64,000 bases of DNA from Alphaproteobacteria bacterium (GCA_965238305.1 CBDEHK010000001.1:3034226-3098225), one strand, 5' to 3'; shown: positions 30,427-40,236, counted from the stretch's first letter. The notes: generated from the letters alone by a model not told the origin. Translations and numbers: made by a program.

Positions 30427-31875
30427 TCAGGCCACGACAGCCGACGGTGTTTTGTTTCCAGCAAGGTTACAGCGGGCATTCCAGCTATGGTTCCATGCCT
30501 CGAGATCCTTGGCGGGAACCGGTTTCGAGATATAATAACCTTGCGCATGATTGCAGCCGAGATCGGCCAAAGTTGCCCAATCTTCATGGCTTTCAATCCC
30601 TTCCGCCACAACTGTCAAATCCAGTTTGTGAGCAAGATCGATCATTGAACGGACAATGGCCAGATCCTCTTTGTGAATATACATTTTGGCGACAAAAGAC
30701 CGGTCGATCTTCATTTCCTGCAAGGGCAGATCGCTCAGGTAGGCAAGCGAGGAATAGCCGGTGCCGAAATCATCGATCGAAATTGCCACGCCCAGCGCCG
30801 CCAGCTGATTCAACGCCCGTACCGAGGCCTCTGGGTCGGCCATTAACGCAGTCTCGGTCACTTCGAACACCAAATACTCTGACAATTGGCGCCATTCGCT
30901 TAAAAATTCGATAATATCGTCCACGAGCGCCGGGTCATGCAGACTTCGCGGTGACAAGTTGACGGCGACCGCGTGCTTTATTCCGCTGGCCTGCCATAAC
31001 ATGATCTGCCGAACCGCCATGGCTACAGTTTTTCTGGTAAACGGCATGATCAACGAACTACTCTCGGCCAGCGGAATGAAATCGTCCGGCATGATTAAGC
31101 CTTTTTCAGGATGGCGCCAGCGAACCAGCGCCTCAAGGCCGCTGACATTCAATGTATTCATGTCAATCTTTGGTTGATAATAAAACTCCAACTGATCTTG
31201 CTTGACCGCATTTCTCAGATCGCTCGCGAAGAAATGCGGTCTTTGTGGAATAACACCATCTTGTGTGTCGTCATGGAAGCGAAAGCCACCGCCTCGTCGC
31301 TTGGCCTGGTACATTGCCCGGTCGGCCTTGCCGAGCAAAGTGACGAGATCGTCACCGTCATCGGGATACTGCGCCACCCCTATACTGGCTCCCACATCGA
31401 CTAACTGTTCTCCAAATTGGATTGGTAGCTGGACAACTTCAACAAGCTCCTGGGCAACTCTCGAAGCGTTTGGTATTCGACTTTCCAACGGTAGGACAAA
31501 GGCAAATTCGTCGCCGCCCATGCGCGCAACAGTGTCCGAGCTTCGTAGGCGTTGTTTGATACGTTTCGCGACGGTTTGCAGCACCTTGTCACCGGCTTCA
31601 TGTCCTAAGGTGTCATTAATCTCCTTGAACCGGTTTAGATCCATCAGCAAGATGAGAAGCGGTTGCTTTTTGCGATACGCCGCCTCGCGGGCCAGCTCGA
31701 AACGGTCCTGGTAGAGAGTTCGATTGGCCAAGCCGGTCAAGTCATCGTACAGGCTCAAACGCTCTAGCCCCTCGTTGGCGATAGTCAGCTCGTTCGTCAA
31801 CTCAGTGACACTGCGGTAGGTCTCCGCGAGTTCGGCTTCCAGTGCGGCGATTTTGGCGGATTGATCCGGCATCAT
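30427..31875 (-). CDS. GGDEF-EAL domain protein with N-terminal coiled coil
   Basis: RMGGDEFAF (GGDEF) followed by an EAL domain (EALVRW...). 4-nt overlap with the upstream PP2C gene. Confidence 0.9.
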   Translation of the reverse strand: MMPDQSAKIAALEAELAETYRSVTELTNELTIANEGLERLSLYDDLTGLANRTLYQDRFELAREAAYRKKQPLLILLMDLNRFKEINDTLGHEAGDKVLQTVAKRIKQRLRSSDTVARMGGDEFAFVLPLESRIPNASRVAQELVEVVQLPIQFGEQLVDVGASIGVAQYPDDGDDLVTLLGKADRAMYQAKRRGGGFRFHDDTQDGVIPQRPHFFASDLRNAVKQDQLEFYYQPKIDMNTLNVSGLEALVRWRHPEKGLIMPDDFIPLAESSSLIMPFTRKTVAMAVRQIMLWQASGIKHAVAVNLSPRSLHDPALVDDIIEFLSEWRQLSEYLVFEVTETALMADPEASVRALNQLAALGVAISIDDFGTGYSSLAYLSDLPLQEMKIDRSFVAKMYIHKEDLAIVRSMIDLAHKLDLTVVAEGIESHEDWATLADLGCNHAQGYYISKPVPAKDLEAWNHSWNARCNLAGNKTPSAVVA

Positions 31876-32899
31876 AACGTCTCCGTCGCGACGACAACTG
31901 TGGCGTCGTCATTGCTTTTGGCGAAATTGCGCATCAAGTAATGGCCGATCGAAGTGGGGCTCTCGACGTCATCGGGAGACTGCTCACGCAGATCCCACTG
32001 GCCCGTGATGCCATCGGTGTAGATCAATAGGGTGCCGCCTTCGGGCCAAACACTTTCGTTCACACGAAGTTTGGGCAAGGACCCCATGCCCAATACGCCT
32101 GGTCGGGTCATCAGTTGCGAACCGCCGACTGGGTATACGCGGGCCGCAACGTTACCGACCCCGACGTGGATCAGGCGGCGTTCAGGGACGGACACCCACA
32201 CCAGGGTGGCGGCGGCGCCTCGGGTGCCGCGCAGAACCTGGTGAAGGTCGCGGATAAGGTCCTCAGGATTTTTTTCCGGTTTGCCCGAATGTGCTCCATC
32301 GCGGCATCGCTGGCCCGCGCTGCCTCGGGACCGTGGCCCAAGCCATCTGCGACCGCGACCAATAGGCCGGCTTGATCTTCGTAAACGAAATAACCATCAC
32401 CGTTGGATTTTTCCCCAATGTAAGGGCGGGAATTGGCGCTGTATACAAAGCGTGCCGTTGTGCAATCGCGGCGCGTCCATTTTCTAACCGTAATGGAGGT
32501 TCCGACGTCCAAGGTCTCGTCTCCGGTTTGGCCATTCGCGACGCAAGAGCGGATTTCGAATTCGTCCATCAACCGCCGAACGGCGCCGAGCCCGCAACCG
32601 GTTGACCCTTGGCTTGACCAGTGATCGTTCAGCGCGGCCTGCAGATCGGCAATACCCGGACCTCTGTCTCTGGACGAAATTTCAATTCCGACGGTGATGT
32701 CGCTGTTACAATCGGAAACTGTAATTTCTCCGTCGACGGTTCGGTGACGCACCAAGTTCGTGGCTAGTTCCGTCGCCGCTGTCGCAGCTTCCGCCACCGC
32801 TTGGTCGTTCAATCCCGTGCCAAGCGCAATCCGCCGAACTTCGCGGCGGACATGGCCGACGTCTCCATCGGTGCGTACGGGTATTACGACGCCAACCAT
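31872..32899 (-). pseudogene. RsbT-like GHKL Ser kinase domain fused to PP2C (RsbX/RsbU-like) phosphatase, interrupted by a 1-nt frameshift
   Basis: The N-terminus has TELATNLV, DRGPGIAD and GCGLGAVRRLMDEF (RsbT/RsbW-like). The PP2C motifs VAVADGLGHG ... RGAAATLV ... VGVGNV ... IYTDGI are split between two frames. The frames converge at the T7 tract 32269-32275 (A7 on the coding strand). Confidence 0.75.
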
Positions 32900-33279
32900 T
32901 TTACGATTTCTACCCGTGTGCCTTCGCCGATCACCGATTCGATCTGGAAGTCGTCGCTTAACCGCCGGGCGCCGGGCAACCCCTGGCCCAGGCTATTGGC
33001 AGTGCTGTAGCCTTCGCCCATCGCCCGTTCGATATCCGGGATGCCCGGGCCCTGATCGGTGAAGATGCAACGCACGCCGCACCTGTCATCGCCATTGACT
33101 GGGACGACTTGCATTTCGCCGCCGCCGCCATGAACCAAGGTGTTGCGGGCCAGTTCGCTGACTGCCGTGGCGACCCGGGTCTTGTCGATCATCGAGAACG
33201 CCAGATCGGCCGCAACCTCGCGGGCGACGCTGCGTGCGCGAACGATGTCGTCCTCGCCCCTTATTTCAATCAGCTGCAT
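32884..33279 (-). CDS. rsbT: stressosome Ser/Thr kinase RsbT homolog
   Basis: Near-collinear with B. subtilis RsbT: SELARN, DQGPGIPD, GYSTANSLGQGLPGARRL, GEGT. Confidence 0.9.
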   Translation of the reverse strand: MQLIEIRGEDDIVRARSVAREVAADLAFSMIDKTRVATAVSELARNTLVHGGGGEMQVVPVNGDDRCGVRCIFTDQGPGIPDIERAMGEGYSTANSLGQGLPGARRLSDDFQIESVIGEGTRVEIVKWLAS

Positions 33280-33700
33280 CCAATTGATCCTGCGATTGTA
33301 GAATATTATCATGGCCGTTTGGCGGCGCTTCCGGCGTCGTCCTTTCTAACCGGTACCCCAGCGATTCGAGACCCAATTCCAGGGTTTGACAGGTATTGAT
33401 GTCAGGCAGGCCCAGCCCCATTTCGATCATCGTAATCGCCACCACCGGCTGCATGCCGACCAGGCTCACCTCGGTGTTCATCAACTTTGCCATACAGGCG
33501 GTCTCGGTGAGCACGCGGCCGATGTAGGAATCGACTAGCTCCAGGCTAGATATGTCTATCAATAAGGCGTTCGCATCGTGTTCCTGGATGCACTGCAGGA
33601 TAAGTTCCTGCAGCGCCGTCGCGACCCGGTCGTTCAGCTCCTGCTGGATCGAGACCAGAAGAAGGTCTCCGATCCTGAGTACGGGTATCTCGGACATCAT
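33266..33700 (-). CDS. rsbS: STAS-domain protein RsbS homolog
   Basis: Single STAS domain, 144 aa. 4-nt overlap with rsbR. Confidence 0.8.
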   Translation of the reverse strand: MMSEIPVLRIGDLLLVSIQQELNDRVATALQELILQCIQEHDANALLIDISSLELVDSYIGRVLTETACMAKLMNTEVSLVGMQPVVAITMIEMGLGLPDINTCQTLELGLESLGYRLERTTPEAPPNGHDNILQSQDQLDAAD

Positions 33701-34590
33701 GCGGCTCGCGATATGCCGTCAACCAATTCTATGGCGAGCTTTAGGCCTTCTTGCAGTGTGCTGCGAGTTTCCAAGGTTGAAAGATCCAGTCCGAGATTGA
33801 CGATCGCGACAGCTGTGGCGGGGGAGATGCCGGTCAGAATGCATTTGCCCCCCATCAGCACGATGGAAGACGCCATCGAAATCAGGTGGTTCGCGACCAT
33901 AGTGTCCATTACCGGAACACCTGTAATATCGATGATAATGACCCGGGCATTTTCTTTGCTTAGACGTTGTAGCGTTCTTTCGGTGCAGTTTTGCATGCGC
34001 CGGCTGTCTAGCGTGCCAATCAGTGGCAACACCAGCACGCCCTGCCATACGGCGATGGCAGGGGTGGAGAGCTCTTCAACTTCTTGCGCCTTGCGCTCGA
34101 TCTCCGCCTTGATCTGCTTGATCACCGTCAGATCACGCATGATGGCGGTCAATATGCGCCGCCCCTGCACATGAAACTCTCTGATACCGATTTCGAGAGG
34201 GATCAACGTGCCATCCCTGTGCAGCCCATTGATCTCTCGCCAACTGGCCCGATCACCGGTGGCATCGGCTTCGGGATGGTCCGCCGCATTTTTGTCCTGT
34301 ATGAGTTTCGGGACGTCGGGCACCAGCTTCTCGAAGTTCAGTTCGGCGGCCTCCTCTTTCGAATAATCGAACAGCTTTTCCGCGGCCTGGTTGAAAAGTT
34401 CCACGCCGCCCTGGTCATCGAAAGCGATCATCGCATCGGCTGAAAACTCGATCAGTTCATTGTAATATTCCGTTGACCATTGCGCTGATGTGACCGGCGT
34501 TTTGGCAGAACCGTTGCCCCGTGCCTGCACAGTGTCTTGTACTTGGTTGCTCATCGTGAAAAACCTCTGTGACATGCTTTGTATTTGCAA
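33697..34590 (-). CDS. rsbR: RsbR-like stressosome sensor (N-terminal PAS-like domain plus C-terminal STAS)
   Basis: The C-terminal STAS domain has a conserved Thr-rich region. The N-terminal half resembles a PAS fold. Confidence 0.8.
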   Translation of the reverse strand: MQIQSMSQRFFTMSNQVQDTVQARGNGSAKTPVTSAQWSTEYYNELIEFSADAMIAFDDQGGVELFNQAAEKLFDYSKEEAAELNFEKLVPDVPKLIQDKNAADHPEADATGDRASWREINGLHRDGTLIPLEIGIREFHVQGRRILTAIMRDLTVIKQIKAEIERKAQEVEELSTPAIAVWQGVLVLPLIGTLDSRRMQNCTERTLQRLSKENARVIIIDITGVPVMDTMVANHLISMASSIVLMGGKCILTGISPATAVAIVNLGLDLSTLETRSTLQEGLKLAIELVDGISRAA

Positions 34591-34662
34591 AAAATCTAAT
34601 ATGAATTTATCTGCAGTTACTTAACAATTGATTTATAACTACGTATTTTGTGCGGAATGAAA

Positions 34663-34698
34663 CGCGTGGGTGACAATATGGAAATCATCGGCGAAAAT
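34663..34698 (+). repeat. 36-bp imperfect direct repeat, copy B (remnant of the lipoprotein 5' coding region)
   Basis: cgcgtgggtgacaatatggaaatcatcggcgaaaat. Upstream bases also partly resemble the signal-peptide region of copy A. Confidence 0.85.
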
Positions 34699-34801
34699 TT
34701 TGGCCCGGACGCGATGCAGTTACTTAGGGAACAACGACTGGAAAGTTTCCATGGGAAGCGGAGCGGCGTCTGGTCAGGTTTCCCTATCGACCAAAGAAAA
34801 T

Positions 34802-34878
34802 TGGCGACCCCTGCAGGACTTGAACCTGCGACCTCAAGATTAGAAATCTCGCGCTCTATCCAGCTGAGCTAAGGGGCC
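34802..34878 (-). tRNA. tRNA-Arg (TCT)
   Basis: 77-nt cloverleaf with anticodon loop UUUCUAA. Similar to E. coli argU. Confidence 0.9.
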
Positions 34879-34947
34879 ATGTGCGGACATTTGTATTGTT
34901 TCGACAAATTGTTCATCAGTGCAATTCCGATACGCCGCCCGGCAGGG

Positions 34948-35274
34948 TTAAGGGCGCGGAAGCGGATCGGTGCCGGGACCTCTAACCGAAGTCGGGGCAA
35001 AATTATCCGCGTATGTTTTTACCCGAAACTTACGTTGGCGCGGCAATTTGACCAGATATGAAATGTCATTGCGTTCGCAGTAAGCTACGGCTTCTTCTTC
35101 TGTTTCAAAGCGCATTCGTAGCTGCTGGTTGGTATCTTCGGAGCCGGTCCAACCCATCAACGGTTCGACGTGACGTGGTGATGACTGTTCGAATTCCAAC
35201 ACCCATTTTTTCGAATTGCCGTGGCCGGACTGCATCGTCGATTTAGCCGGTTGGAAAATTATTGCATTACGCAC
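34948..35274 (-). CDS. ETC complex I subunit (NDUFS4-like) conserved-region protein
   Basis: IFQPAKSTMQSGHG...WVLEFE signature of the bacterial NDUFS4-like family. Confidence 0.75.
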   Translation of the reverse strand: MRNAIIFQPAKSTMQSGHGNSKKWVLEFEQSSPRHVEPLMGWTGSEDTNQQLRMRFETEEEAVAYCERNDISYLVKLPRQRKFRVKTYADNFAPTSVRGPGTDPLPRP

Positions 35275-35510
35275 GAATAGAACCCCAACAAAGTCAATAA
35301 TCTAGCGCTGGAATATAACCGACTATTTTTGCGAAGTCACGGATCGATCAAGGTTTTACCGGTAATAATCTTCGCAATCATTAAAGCGCCCAGTATTGTT
35401 TTTTGATTATGAGATCGGCGCGGCAATATGCACGGCACGCTAGGTGCGGCATTATGCGAATTTACCTAGGCATTGAAGGGTACGGCGGTTCCTGTCGGAA
35501 ACCTGTGTTG

Positions 35511-36443
35511 TTATTTAGAATCCCGAAATTGCCCGTACAATACTTCCGCCAGCACGCATCCGCAAATGACCGCAATCGCTAAAGTCTGGATCCAGGTAAT
35601 ATTACTTCCAAGGAACACCAAAGCACAGACGGCGGCGATGACAGGTTTGAGGAAAAACAAATAGCTTGCTCGCGCCGTATCCGGTGCGGCCGACAGTCCC
35701 CACAGCCAAAGGATGAACCCAACGCAGGTGTTCCAAATTCCGAGCGTCAGGATCGAATAATATGCAACAGGCTCACGATCAAACAGCGTGAGCGGGTTGA
35801 CCCAAATATTCCATGCGCTTCCGACGGTGAGCCAGAGGGCAACAGTGCCTAAAATAAAAGTCAGGGCGGTAATACGGATCGCGCCATATTCGACGATCAC
35901 CGGCTTAACAAGAACGACATAGAAACCGCCTATTACAGAACATGCGATTGCCATGAAAATCCCGTTCAAATCGTCGCTACCGAGCTCAAGCTGCGCCAAA
36001 TAACCGTCGGTCAACAGGAAGATAACACCACCCAGGGCGCCTATGCCGCTGATTAATTTTGGTACCGTTATACGGTTACGATTGATCAACGCATCTGCCA
36101 TCACGGTCATGATCGGCATGGTCGTGATGACAGTTGCCACTTGAATAACAGAGGCAAAATCCAACGACCAATGGAACAACAATTGACCTAATGCCATGCC
36201 GAATACCGCCAAGGATATAATCTTAACGGGTTGTTCCTTGAGCGGACGCCACAAATTCCGGGTTGACGGCAACGCTAGCGCCACCAAAAACAAACTTAGA
36301 CTGCCAATCAAATAACGCCACACCGATACTTCTGGACCGCCGATGCCGGATAGCACGGCGAAAAACTCACTGGTGGCATGACCGAATACACCCAGTAAAG
36401 TTGCCGCATATGCACGGATTGTCAAACTTGATCCACCGGTCAC
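35511..36443 (-). CDS. DMT/EamA-family transporter
   Basis: 10 predicted TM helices and duplicated EamA halves. Confidence 0.7.
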   Translation of the reverse strand: MTGGSSLTIRAYAATLLGVFGHATSEFFAVLSGIGGPEVSVWRYLIGSLSLFLVALALPSTRNLWRPLKEQPVKIISLAVFGMALGQLLFHWSLDFASVIQVATVITTMPIMTVMADALINRNRITVPKLISGIGALGGVIFLLTDGYLAQLELGSDDLNGIFMAIACSVIGGFYVVLVKPVIVEYGAIRITALTFILGTVALWLTVGSAWNIWVNPLTLFDREPVAYYSILTLGIWNTCVGFILWLWGLSAAPDTARASYLFFLKPVIAAVCALVFLGSNITWIQTLAIAVICGCVLAEVLYGQFRDSK

Positions 36444-36493
36444 TTATGCGCCTGCCTATTGCCGAATTCATAATTAAACTGGTGTAGAAAAAG

Positions 36494-36570
<77 letters not shown>

Positions 36571-36714
36571 ATCAACGGCCCCAACGACTAGTCAAGAACA
36601 CTAGGCCCGATACGACTTTGAGCCGCAAGCGTTACTAAGTGTTTTTATGAACTTGCGCAAGCCAGAATGTTGCGCCCTAATCTGTCTTCTGATCGGTTGT
36701 TTTTTACTTTTTTA

Positions 36715-36993
36715 TCAGTTGACGGAACGGCGTCCGATCACGAGCGCATCATTTGGAAATCCACCGCATTTACTGATCGCGGATTCTTCGTAGGTGTCGA
36801 CCTGTTGGCGATATATATTGTTCACCAATTCAACAGGAAGATTTCCTGAACGGCCGACTGCGGACGCCGTTGCGACCAGCATGGATAAGACGGTTTCTTC
36901 ACCATATTCTTCCGCCATTGTTGTGCTTAACGATTCCAGCAATATCCGAAAACCGTGGATTGATTGATTACCTGCCATGTTAAATGCCCCCAT
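36715..36993 (-). CDS. hypothetical protein
   Basis: 92-aa ORF with no recognisable motif. Confidence 0.3.
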   Translation of the reverse strand: MGAFNMAGNQSIHGFRILLESLSTTMAEEYGEETVLSMLVATASAVGRSGNLPVELVNNIYRQQVDTYEESAISKCGGFPNDALVIGRRSVN

Positions 36994-37212
36994 AAAACAA
37001 TTTTCAATGAATTAATTCCAATAAGTTAACAAATTTAGCCGACGTCGAATACTTGGCATTGATACCAGGGTGCATTCGCCGACGACCGCCCGTTGTTCTT
37101 GATTTCAGCACGGATAATTCGCCTAGTATATAATTATACTAATCACTTGCGCAATTATCGGCATAAGCTTAGACGGAATATTTACTTTGCCGTCCTCCAA
37201 AGGAAAACTGGG

Positions 37213-38394
37213 ATGCGATCATATTCGTTGAATAGCGCTGTTGAAAAAGTCAGCTCGCCGCCGATAGCGGAGGCCAAGGCGTGGGTAAGTTCCGCCATTA
37301 GTTCGGCTGAATATCCTTTGATTGATCTTGCCCAGGCGGTTCCAAACTATCCACCGCCGGACGGCTTAATGGATCATTTAGCGGCGTTCGTCCACCAAAC
37401 CGAGAGCGCTTTTTATACCGACATACTTGGTCTGGCATCGCTACGAGAATGTTATGCTGCCAGTCTGAAGCGAGAATATAATGGGCAAATTTCGGGCGGC
37501 AATATCGCCATAACGCCTGGCTGTAATAATGCATACTGTTTGGCGACGATGGCACTGGCCGGTCCTGGCGACGAAATCATATTGCCGACCCCATTCTATT
37601 TCAATCACGATATGTGGTTGACGATGACTGGGATAACGCCGAGGTTATTAGCAACACGGCCGACAGCCGATGGCATGTTGCCGGATTTAGACGAAGCCAA
37701 ATCGCTTATTGGCCCAAAGACACGGGCGATATTATTGGTCACTCCGAATAATCCGACAGGAACCGAATATCCAGAGGAAATTATCCATGATTTTGCAGAT
37801 CTTGCGCAACAACGCGGGATCGCTTTGATTCTTGACGAAACCTACAAGGATTTTCGAGAAGTAGAGACATCGTCACATAGACTTTTCGAGGACAAGAATT
37901 GGCCAGACCATTTGATCCACTTATACAGTTTCTCGAAAGCCTACAGTTTGGCCGGTTACCGGGTCGGCGCAATTACCGCCGGCGAAGCGTTGATTGACGC
38001 GGTTGGAAAAATTGCCGATACACTTAATATTTGTACTTCGCATGTCGGTCAGGCTGCGGCGTTGTTTGGTTTGCAGCAACTGCAAACCTGGCGAAACGAC
38101 AAGCGCCACGATTTGCTGCGATTATTGCATTCTTTGGACAATAGTTTTTCCGAGCAAACCTCAGCCTTTAAACTGGCATCGCGCGGGGCATTTTTTGCCT
38201 TCCTATCGCACCCGTTTGCTGACAAGACCTCGATGGAGGTCGCGCAGCAATTAGTCAGCCAAAGCAATATTCTGTGTTTACCCGGCAGTTTTTTTGGTCC
38301 GGATCAAGAATCTTATCTCAGGATCGCCTTTGCAAATGTCGATGAAGCCGGTCTACGCAACGCCGTCGCCAGGCTTAGCCGCATAGATATTTGA
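37213..38394 (+). CDS. class I/II aminotransferase
   Basis: PLP-lysine motif YSFSKAYSLAGYRVG. AGGA RBS before the ATG at 37213. Confidence 0.8.
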   Translation: MRSYSLNSAVEKVSSPPIAEAKAWVSSAISSAEYPLIDLAQAVPNYPPPDGLMDHLAAFVHQTESAFYTDILGLASLRECYAASLKREYNGQISGGNIAITPGCNNAYCLATMALAGPGDEIILPTPFYFNHDMWLTMTGITPRLLATRPTADGMLPDLDEAKSLIGPKTRAILLVTPNNPTGTEYPEEIIHDFADLAQQRGIALILDETYKDFREVETSSHRLFEDKNWPDHLIHLYSFSKAYSLAGYRVGAITAGEALIDAVGKIADTLNICTSHVGQAAALFGLQQLQTWRNDKRHDLLRLLHSLDNSFSEQTSAFKLASRGAFFAFLSHPFADKTSMEVAQQLVSQSNILCLPGSFFGPDQESYLRIAFANVDEAGLRNAVARLSRIDI

Positions 38395-38406
38395 GTTAAA
38401 TTCCAC

Positions 38407-39225
38407 TTACGCAAAGACAATATCGCCAATCAGGAATGATCCAGCTGCCAAATCTTTCAGCAAGATATTGCCGTCTTCGCCAGCGGAAATAAGAATTCCG
38501 TCAGCGACATCGCTGACGACCACATCACTGGCGGTCAGTCCAACAAGGACAATACTGTCATTGCCATCGCCATAGTCGGTTACTTCGTCGGGGCCGCCAC
38601 CCTGTCCGAATATGAACATGTCATTGCCGCTGCCGCCGGTCAGAACATCGCCGCCATTGTTACCGTAAATGTAATCGTCGCCGGCGCCACCATCTATCGT
38701 ATCAACACCTTGTCCACCAAATATCGTGTCCGCGCCGTCGCCGCCGGATAACATGTCGGTACCCTGATTTCCGTATATCAAATCAGCGCCTGTCCCGCTG
38801 CCGCCATCGATTTGGTCGCTTCCCATATTACCGTACAGCACGTCATTGCCGATGCCACCATCGATGTCGTCATCGCTCTGGCCACCATAGACGGTATCAT
38901 TTCCGCTTTCGCCAAACAGCAAATCGTCTTTTTGATTACCGTAGATGATATCCGCATCGGCGCCGCCATATATTGTATCGACATCCATATTGCCATAAAG
39001 GACATCTTCGCCGGTATCACCGTAGATCAGATCGCTCTGCTGTCCGCCATAGATCCAATCGTTGCCATCGCCGCCATACATCAGGTCTTCACCTTGATTG
39101 CCATAGACAATGTCGGCCCCGGCCAGCGCCGAAATCGTATCGTCACCTTGGAAGCCATAAATGGAATCGTCCCCTGTGGTCCCAACCAACGGATCCGGAT
39201 TCTTAGTACCTTCAACAAGTGCCAT
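38407..39225 (-). CDS. hemolysin-type calcium-binding (RTX) repeat protein
   Basis: More than 20 GGxGxDxUx nonapeptide repeats. No N-terminal signal peptide. Confidence 0.85.
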   Translation of the reverse strand: MALVEGTKNPDPLVGTTGDDSIYGFQGDDTISALAGADIVYGNQGEDLMYGGDGNDWIYGGQQSDLIYGDTGEDVLYGNMDVDTIYGGADADIIYGNQKDDLLFGESGNDTVYGGQSDDDIDGGIGNDVLYGNMGSDQIDGGSGTGADLIYGNQGTDMLSGGDGADTIFGGQGVDTIDGGAGDDYIYGNNGGDVLTGGSGNDMFIFGQGGGPDEVTDYGDGNDSIVLVGLTASDVVVSDVADGILISAGEDGNILLKDLAAGSFLIGDIVFA

Positions 39226-39328
39226 AGTTGATGCTCCAATATTTGGTAAATTTCTTAATCAGCAATTCATCATGTTGGCAGGGTTTGCGATTGTCGCAAC
39301 AGATTTTGTATTCAAATTGGGTAAAATA

Positions 39329-39766
39329 TTAGCTGTTGCGGCGCTCGATCCGACGGAAAACGCCACTCGCAGTCATAACCAGGCGGTGCTTAACGCGCAA
39401 TTCCGCTTCAACGAATGTCAGTGTGCGGGTGGTTCGGGAGACGTTGCCAGTACCAACCAGCCAATCACCGACCCGAGCTGGACCGGCAAAATCCGTCGTC
39501 ATCCGAATGGTCACAGACGGTCCGCCTGAGGCTTCTCTGGCGGAACTTCCCAAGACGGTGTCCGCCATGCTCATCAACATGCCACCATGAACGATACCGG
39601 CATTATTAGTGTGTTTTGGTTGAATACGAATAGCGCGACAACACATCGGATTTTCGTCAAACTGAAATATCGGACCCAATAACCTGGAGAATTCGCTAGG
39701 TCCTATAATAGGAGAAAACCCGTTGGGTGCGTTCGCTGCCAGGATTTCTATTTCAGAACAATCCAT
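39329..39766 (-). CDS. PaaI-family hotdog thioesterase
   Basis: GIVHGGMLMSMADTVLG motif. Confidence 0.8.
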   Translation of the reverse strand: MDCSEIEILAANAPNGFSPIIGPSEFSRLLGPIFQFDENPMCCRAIRIQPKHTNNAGIVHGGMLMSMADTVLGSSAREASGGPSVTIRMTTDFAGPARVGDWLVGTGNVSRTTRTLTFVEAELRVKHRLVMTASGVFRRIERRNS

Positions 39767-39768
39767 CG

Positions 39769-40236
39769 CTAGTTTTGCGCCTTAGCGTCCTGAACGACGC
39801 GATCGCCAACACGGATCGCCAGGGTTTTCGAAAGGCCGCCGTTGATTTCGAGAACCATCTTTATCGGCATGCCTGGGCCTATTTCTTGGAGCGAATGAGG
39901 TGTTGCGTTGTGATGAATATATTCAATTTTTCCAGATTTATCTAAGAACAGAATATCCAATGGTATCAGAGTATTCCGCATCCAAAATTGAACTAATTGG
40001 GCATTGGGATAAACAAACAACATCCCCTGATCAAACGGCAATTCTCGCCGATGCATCAGACCAATTTCCCTGCTTTTTGATGTCGCTGCAATCTCGACAA
40101 AAAATGGTATCTCCGCCTTGGAAGTCGCTACCACGATTTTCCGTAAATCGCGTGCAAAGACATTTCCGCTGACAAAGACGAAAACTGCAAAAAACAAAAT
40201 GAAAGGTAATTGTTTACCTGGCTTAGTCACTGATTT
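39769..40236 (-). CDS. DUF192 (COG1430) protein with signal peptide
   Basis: Probable GTG start giving a signal peptide. C-terminal DUF192 core. Confidence 0.6.
   Translation of the reverse strand, partial: KSVTKPGKQLPFILFFAVFVFVSGNVFARDLRKIVVATSKAEIPFFVEIAATSKSREIGLMHRRELPFDQGMLFVYPNAQLVQFWMRNTLIPLDILFLDKSGKIEYIHHNATPHSLQEIGPGMPIKMVLEINGGLSKTLAIRVGDRVVQDAKAQN

Noticed and set aside
32171-32201. A 31-nt overlap between the two PP2C-fusion ORFs was first taken as the frameshift site
   Set aside because: Translating both frames upstream shows the true convergence point is the A7 tract at 32269-32275. The 31-nt overlap is just the read-through tail of the wrong frame.
34648-34872. 74-aa ORF (MCGMKRVGDNMEIIGENF...)
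   Set aside because: It reads straight through the tRNA-Arg gene on the opposite strand. Its only notable part is the 36-bp repeat, which I report as a repeat and not as a CDS.
38812-39231. Apparent tandem nucleotide repeats, flagged as a possible repeat array
   Set aside because: The periodicity is the 27-nt RTX nonapeptide repeat of a coding gene. It is not a CRISPR or VNTR array, as there are no conserved direct repeats with unique spacers.
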